DNA of 64,000 nt, from assembly GCA_964188305.1 (NCBI GenBank), contig OZ076892.1; one strand, 5' to 3'. The translations under genes and the position numbers were made by a program. Source of the DNA: Podarcis bocagei (taxonomy: Eukaryota). The notes under the pieces were generated by a model. The model saw nothing but the letters and a program-made list of their open reading frames with translations. It was not told the DNA's origin and did not search any database. Shown here piece after piece: positions 61,701 to 64,000 of the stretch (position 1 is the first letter of the stretch; each line of letters begins with the position of its first letter).

Positions 61701-63253
61701 CAATATGATTACTATTATTATTAATAGATGCCATCATGCAGCAGCATTCAGCACCGCACATGAATTTAATGCAAGCAAACGTTAATTATATGCACAGTGA
61801 CTCACACATGGATTAGCTGTAGCCCTAGGGATCATTATAATAAAATATACACACTCTCAATACTTGTGCAAACTGCTAATCCCATTTTCAAGGACAGCTT
61901 GAATGTTGGGGAGGCCATCAACATTAATTCAAATTTATACCAAAAAACACTCTTCCCTCCACCACCCCTCTCTGAACAAGTTGCTGAATGGCTCTCAAAA
62001 AGGGCTGGAAGCTCTCGAGGGCAACATCTAGATATATTACACAACGCAGAACCATCCAAGAGTTTACTCAGCTGGCTAGCGTCACAGTTTCTCAGGCAGT
62101 GTTCTGAAACAATCCAAGCTGTAATGCACTAAGCTCCAAATACATATACACACACCTTCTTTCGGTTAAATAGTTTCTTCCCTGCACATTCCTATCGTTG
62201 GGGTTGTTCTCCAAAAGGGAACCAGCTACCCAGATATATAATCAGCAAGCTATATTTGTTTTCAAAAGCTGTATTGATTTTTATCTGTGTTTTAATTACA
62301 ATAGTTTTATATGCATTTGTGTGTGTGTGTTTTAATTGGTTGGTGGATTTGACCTGTGTTTTACCTACAGGTCTTATTTGGACACCACTTGGAGAGCTCT
62401 TTAATCAAGAGATTGATAAAACTCTTTAATAAATTTGTCCATGGGCAGAGTTGAGCTTCAGTGCAGGGGGAGTTGCCAACACTGTTTTAATTATGTAAAT
62501 CAACATCTTATACTGCTTAATGTGATCATTTATTTACTTAAACTGTTTCATTTGCTTGCTAGCTTCCAGTCAGTTAATTGTTATTATTTATGCACTGGGA
62601 AAAGCTTCACCAATGCCAACACTCAGGATCTGGTGGGGGGAGGGGGAGGGGCAGGGGGTTATCCAATGACAGAAGAGCATCTATGCTCATATATAAAAGA
62701 GAATTAACCATATGTTCTGAGCCATTTCAATGATGGATTGGGTAGGCATGGTATGGAACCATGCAAACTATCAAAACCATGGTCAAGTCCATGGCATGTG
62801 CTTTACATGTATGGTCTGGATGTGGCCTTTGTGGCTTATACGGCGAGCAACCACGACCAGACATCAAATGATAAATGCATGAAAGGAAGAAAATCAACCA
62901 GCAAAGAACATCCATAGACTTCAGAGGCAATAAACAGCTCTTCTTCTGAATAGCTTGGTACAATGCACATTACTCAAGTTTTGCTCATAGCGTTGTGAAG
63001 ATTCCACACATCTCCAGCACCACGACAAAAAGGGCATAATTTCACCAGGCTTCTTTCCCAAGTGAATTACAACTTCAGGTTGGGGAATCCTTACCCAGGA
63101 ACTCCCGCAGATTCCATTCGGTTAGCTAAGGAGACATCGTGAGACCAAACGTCGTACTGCCATTTCCGAAGCCCTATTACACCGCAGAGCACGTTCCCAG
63201 AGTGAATGCCAACTCGCATATTGATGTCCACTCCTGTGGCTTCTCTTACTTGT
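35133..63253 (-). CDS. ADCY7: Adenylate cyclase type 7, 3' portion (C1a end, C1b, TM7-12, C2); 5' exons lie beyond the window end
   Basis: C1a [36 protein letters not shown]; C1b [30 protein letters not shown]; C2 [80 protein letters not shown]. These are AC7-type sequences; exon phases are consistent. Confidence 0.96.
35624..35748 (-). CDS. ADCY7: ADCY7 exon ([42 protein letters not shown]), C2
   Basis: ttgcag acceptor, 125 nt, donor GTAAAA; catalytic D, N and R residues intact. Confidence 0.96.
36720..36834 (-). CDS. ADCY7: ADCY7 exon ([15 protein letters not shown]...[10 protein letters not shown]), C2
   Basis: gtttag acceptor, 115 nt, donor GTAAGT. Confidence 0.95.
37106..37459 (-). mobile_element. 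Sauria SINE in ADCY7 intron
   Basis: Very similar to the copy at 14.7 kb; 12-bp TSD CTGCTTAAAGTA at 37094-37105 and 37460-37471. Confidence 0.92.
37686..37764. repeat. Compound microsatellite (TC)n(AC)n, ~35 nt from an ADCY7 donor site
   Basis: Directly visible. Confidence 0.97.
37800..37907 (-). CDS. ADCY7: ADCY7 exon ([26 protein letters not shown]...), C2
   Basis: aaacag acceptor, 108 nt, donor GTAAGT. Confidence 0.95.
39233..39379 (-). CDS. ADCY7: ADCY7 exon (DWYHQSYD...IIADFDE), C2
   Basis: ctgcag acceptor, 147 nt, donor GTACCT. Confidence 0.96.
39843..39998 (-). CDS. ADCY7: ADCY7 exon ([10 protein letters not shown]...[22 protein letters not shown])
   Basis: ttgcag acceptor, 156 nt, donor GTATAG. 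Confidence 0.95.
40738..40819 (-). CDS. ADCY7: ADCY7 exon ([27 protein letters not shown]), TM12
   Basis: ttttag acceptor, 82 nt, donor GTAGGC. Confidence 0.92.
41964..42136 (-). CDS. ADCY7: ADCY7 exon ([24 protein letters not shown]...SDSTTR), TM10-11
   Basis: ttccag acceptor, 173 nt, donor GTACGG. Confidence 0.9.
42919..43258 (-). mobile_element. Older tRNA-derived SINE (tail GCAGCTTCCTATG type) interrupted by a hAT MITE; relatives at ~185-608, 790-930, 3770-4090, 8115-8300, 12782-12945, 36050-36310, 38802-38990, 63750-63940
   Basis: Recurring blocks TTGCATGCAGAAGG..TTCAATCCCTGGCATCT and AGATGGACCAATGGTCTGACTC; boundaries approximate. Confidence 0.65.
43102..43239. mobile_element. Palindromic hAT MITE (URR1/MER5-like); many degenerate relatives (e.g. 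~3900-4030, 11700-11815, 12515-12610, 20500-20620, 36897-37015, 38683-38800)
   Basis: Perfect 53-bp inverted arms with the GGACTACAACTCCCATCA core; flanks ATCTAAGC / CACTAAGC. Confidence 0.85.
43660..43701 (-). CDS. ADCY7: Probable ADCY7 short extracellular-loop exon ([14 protein letters not shown])
   Basis: ttaattag acceptor, 42 nt phase 0/0, consensus donor GTGAGT, N-C-T sequon; little sequence similarity to the human exon as recalled. Confidence 0.55.
44200..44490 (-). mobile_element. Degraded CR1-like LINE 3' fragment
   Basis: AACATTAAGAAC..GAGCTTGCTGAATCAG end; CTCCATGAATTTGTCTAA and GAGTTCCACAGTTTAA blocks. Confidence 0.55.
44780..44917 (-). CDS. ADCY7: ADCY7 exon ([13 protein letters not shown]...[12 protein letters not shown]), TM9
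   Basis: ttgcag acceptor, 138 nt, donor GTAATT. Confidence 0.9.
45711..45795 (-). CDS. ADCY7: ADCY7 exon ([28 protein letters not shown]), TM8
   Basis: tttcag acceptor, 85 nt, donor GTAAGT. Confidence 0.88.
47482..47579 (-). CDS. ADCY7: ADCY7 exon ([33 protein letters not shown]), TM7
   Basis: ctccag acceptor, 98 nt, donor GTAAGT; FACAS motif. Confidence 0.92.
47607..50171 (+). pseudogene. L1 ORF2 remnant broken by two frameshifts (~47892 GGTTT duplication; ~48985 extra T)
   Basis: Three consecutive ORFs (47557-47964, 47895-48989, 49041-50171) join into one RT protein. Confidence 0.88.
47607..50596 (+). mobile_element. 5'-truncated L1-clade LINE (ORF2 RT + C-terminal CCHC, 3'UTR, A tail), antisense in an ADCY7 intron
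   Basis: Motifs [64 protein letters not shown]; stop 50171; AATAAA 50568-50573; 11-bp TSD AAAACAAAGAC at 47596-47606 and 50597-50607; no endonuclease domain or ORF1. Confidence 0.95.
51275..51632 (-). mobile_element. CR1 LINE 3' fragment
   Basis: AGAATC..GAGCTGGAAGGGA..TAGTCCAACC terminus followed by CR1 ORF2-like sequence (TCTTACTGTTAG..TTCCTAATGTT). Confidence 0.75.
51889..51970 (-). CDS. ADCY7: ADCY7 exon ([27 protein letters not shown])
   Basis: atgcag acceptor, 82 nt, donor GTTAGT. Confidence 0.88.
52874..53120 (+). mobile_element. tRNA-derived SINE, Squam3/MIR-like, with (CTT)n tail
   Basis: A box TGGTGTAGTGG, B box GGTTCGCGTC, CORE-like CTCACAGAGTGTTTGTTGTG, (CTT)n tail. Confidence 0.8.
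53727..53807 (-). CDS. ADCY7: ADCY7 exon ([27 protein letters not shown])
   Basis: ccttag acceptor, 81 nt, donor GTAAAG; IEGLSS motif. Confidence 0.9.
55114..55148 (-). CDS. ADCY7: Probable ADCY7 35-nt micro-exon ([11 protein letters not shown]), acceptor hidden in the N gap
   Basis: Donor GTAAGG at 55113; 33 nt visible before the Ns; a phase 0->2 exon is needed here to keep frame. Confidence 0.55.
55147..55295. other. Assembly gap (149 N)
   Basis: Run of N. Confidence 1.
57583..57771 (-). CDS. ADCY7: ADCY7 exon (SKQRTS...[20 protein letters not shown]...RRHRR), C1b
   Basis: gttcag acceptor, 189 nt, donor GTGAGG. Confidence 0.92.
57914..58058 (+). mobile_element. tRNA-derived SINE with CR1-type ATTCTATG tail (relatives at ~26405-26550 - and ~58921-59030 +)
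   Basis: Head GCTCAGTTGGTTGGAGCGTG..GATAAC, body TATTCCTGCA..GGGTTGAACTAAATGATCC, tail ATTCTATGAT. Confidence 0.7.
60836..60968 (-). CDS. ADCY7: ADCY7 exon (RVHITEATL...TYLVIDPR)
   Basis: ctccag acceptor, 133 nt, donor GTAGGT. Confidence 0.95.
63095..63253 (-). CDS. ADCY7: ADCY7 exon ([19 protein letters not shown]...ESAGVPG), C1a
   Basis: ttgcag acceptor, 159 nt, donor GTAAGG. Confidence 0.95.
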
Positions 63254-64000
63254 CTGCAAAACAGATCAGAAGAGGACTGGAAGAGGTGCCTACTCTTCCC
63301 CCATCTTAATGACTACAAATTTATGCTGGCGCTTTAATTCTCTCTTAATTACTGCAAAAACCAATGTGAAATTTAGGGATGTGGTCCACCCTGTGCTCAA
63401 GTCAACAGCAAAAAAGTGGGATGGATCGAGTGTTTTAAACATATTGGAGTAGCCTTCATCTATACAAGCAATGGAGGACAGTGGAATATAGGAAAATGAC
63501 TTATACTGAGCCAGACCATATGCCAATTTAGTCTATGCTCATGAGTAGAGGAGCATTGAATACAGAGAGAAACGAACCATCATCTCTGATGTTTTCACAT
63601 GTTTCTTTAAATACTTCCCTTGTTTTATCATACACATTAAATGCATCGAGGTTTGCAGTAACCATCATTTAGAACCCAAGCCATAGTTTGAACTTCCAAA
63701 CACAGACTCAAATAATGCTTTAGAACTGCTTGCCTATTGTCATTTTAGGAACGCAGGAAACTGCTTTATGTTGAGCCAGACCATTGATCCATCTAGCTTG
63801 GTGCTGTCTACATTCACTGTTCGAGGCTCTTCAGAGTTTCAGGCAAAAGCATTTACCAGCCATGCATGGAGGTAACAGAGAATGAACTCAATATGTTCTC
63901 CATTCAAATCATATGCTTCATCACTAAGCTATGGACCCTCCCCAACTTTGGGCCAATTACTATGGCCTCATTCTCTACAGACTAGCTATGAGCTGTAACC

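Noticed and set aside
10205-63094. U12-type or non-canonical introns
   Set aside because: All introns with visible ends are GT-AG and lack the GTATCCTT/ATATCCTT donor.

Overview
Vertebrate nuclear DNA, not microbial. The SINE content (Sauria SINEs ending in ACCTTT, a Squam3-like SINE with a (CTT)n tail) points to a squamate, probably a lacertid lizard (inference). The window holds two convergent genes. BRD7 is complete on + (CpG-island promoter ~9.4-10.4 kb; 17 coding exons 10156-31117; hand-spliced CDS 1968 nt, 655 aa; PAS 31225). The 3' two-thirds of ADCY7 lies on - (18 exons from 63253 to the stop at 35133, covering the end of C1a, C1b, TM7-12 and C2; one micro-exon runs into a 149-N gap). 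Exons were identified by reading splice sites and phases by eye and comparing with human proteins from memory; no alignments were run. The rest is intronic or intergenic DNA rich in SINEs, hAT and Tc1/pogo MITEs, CR1/L1 fragments and microsatellites. Almost all ORFs in the supplied track are spurious. I see no convincing new biological system. The best leads are: (1) a young, 5'-truncated antisense L1 inserted between the putative branch point and polypyrimidine tract of an ADCY7 exon, apparently supplying a replacement branch point at the same -29 position; (2) a pogo-like element shell carrying either a 154-bp tandem array or a pre-miRNA-sized hairpin; (3) a candidate extra in-frame ADCY7 C1b exon; (4) a young hAT MITE carrying telomeric hexamers.
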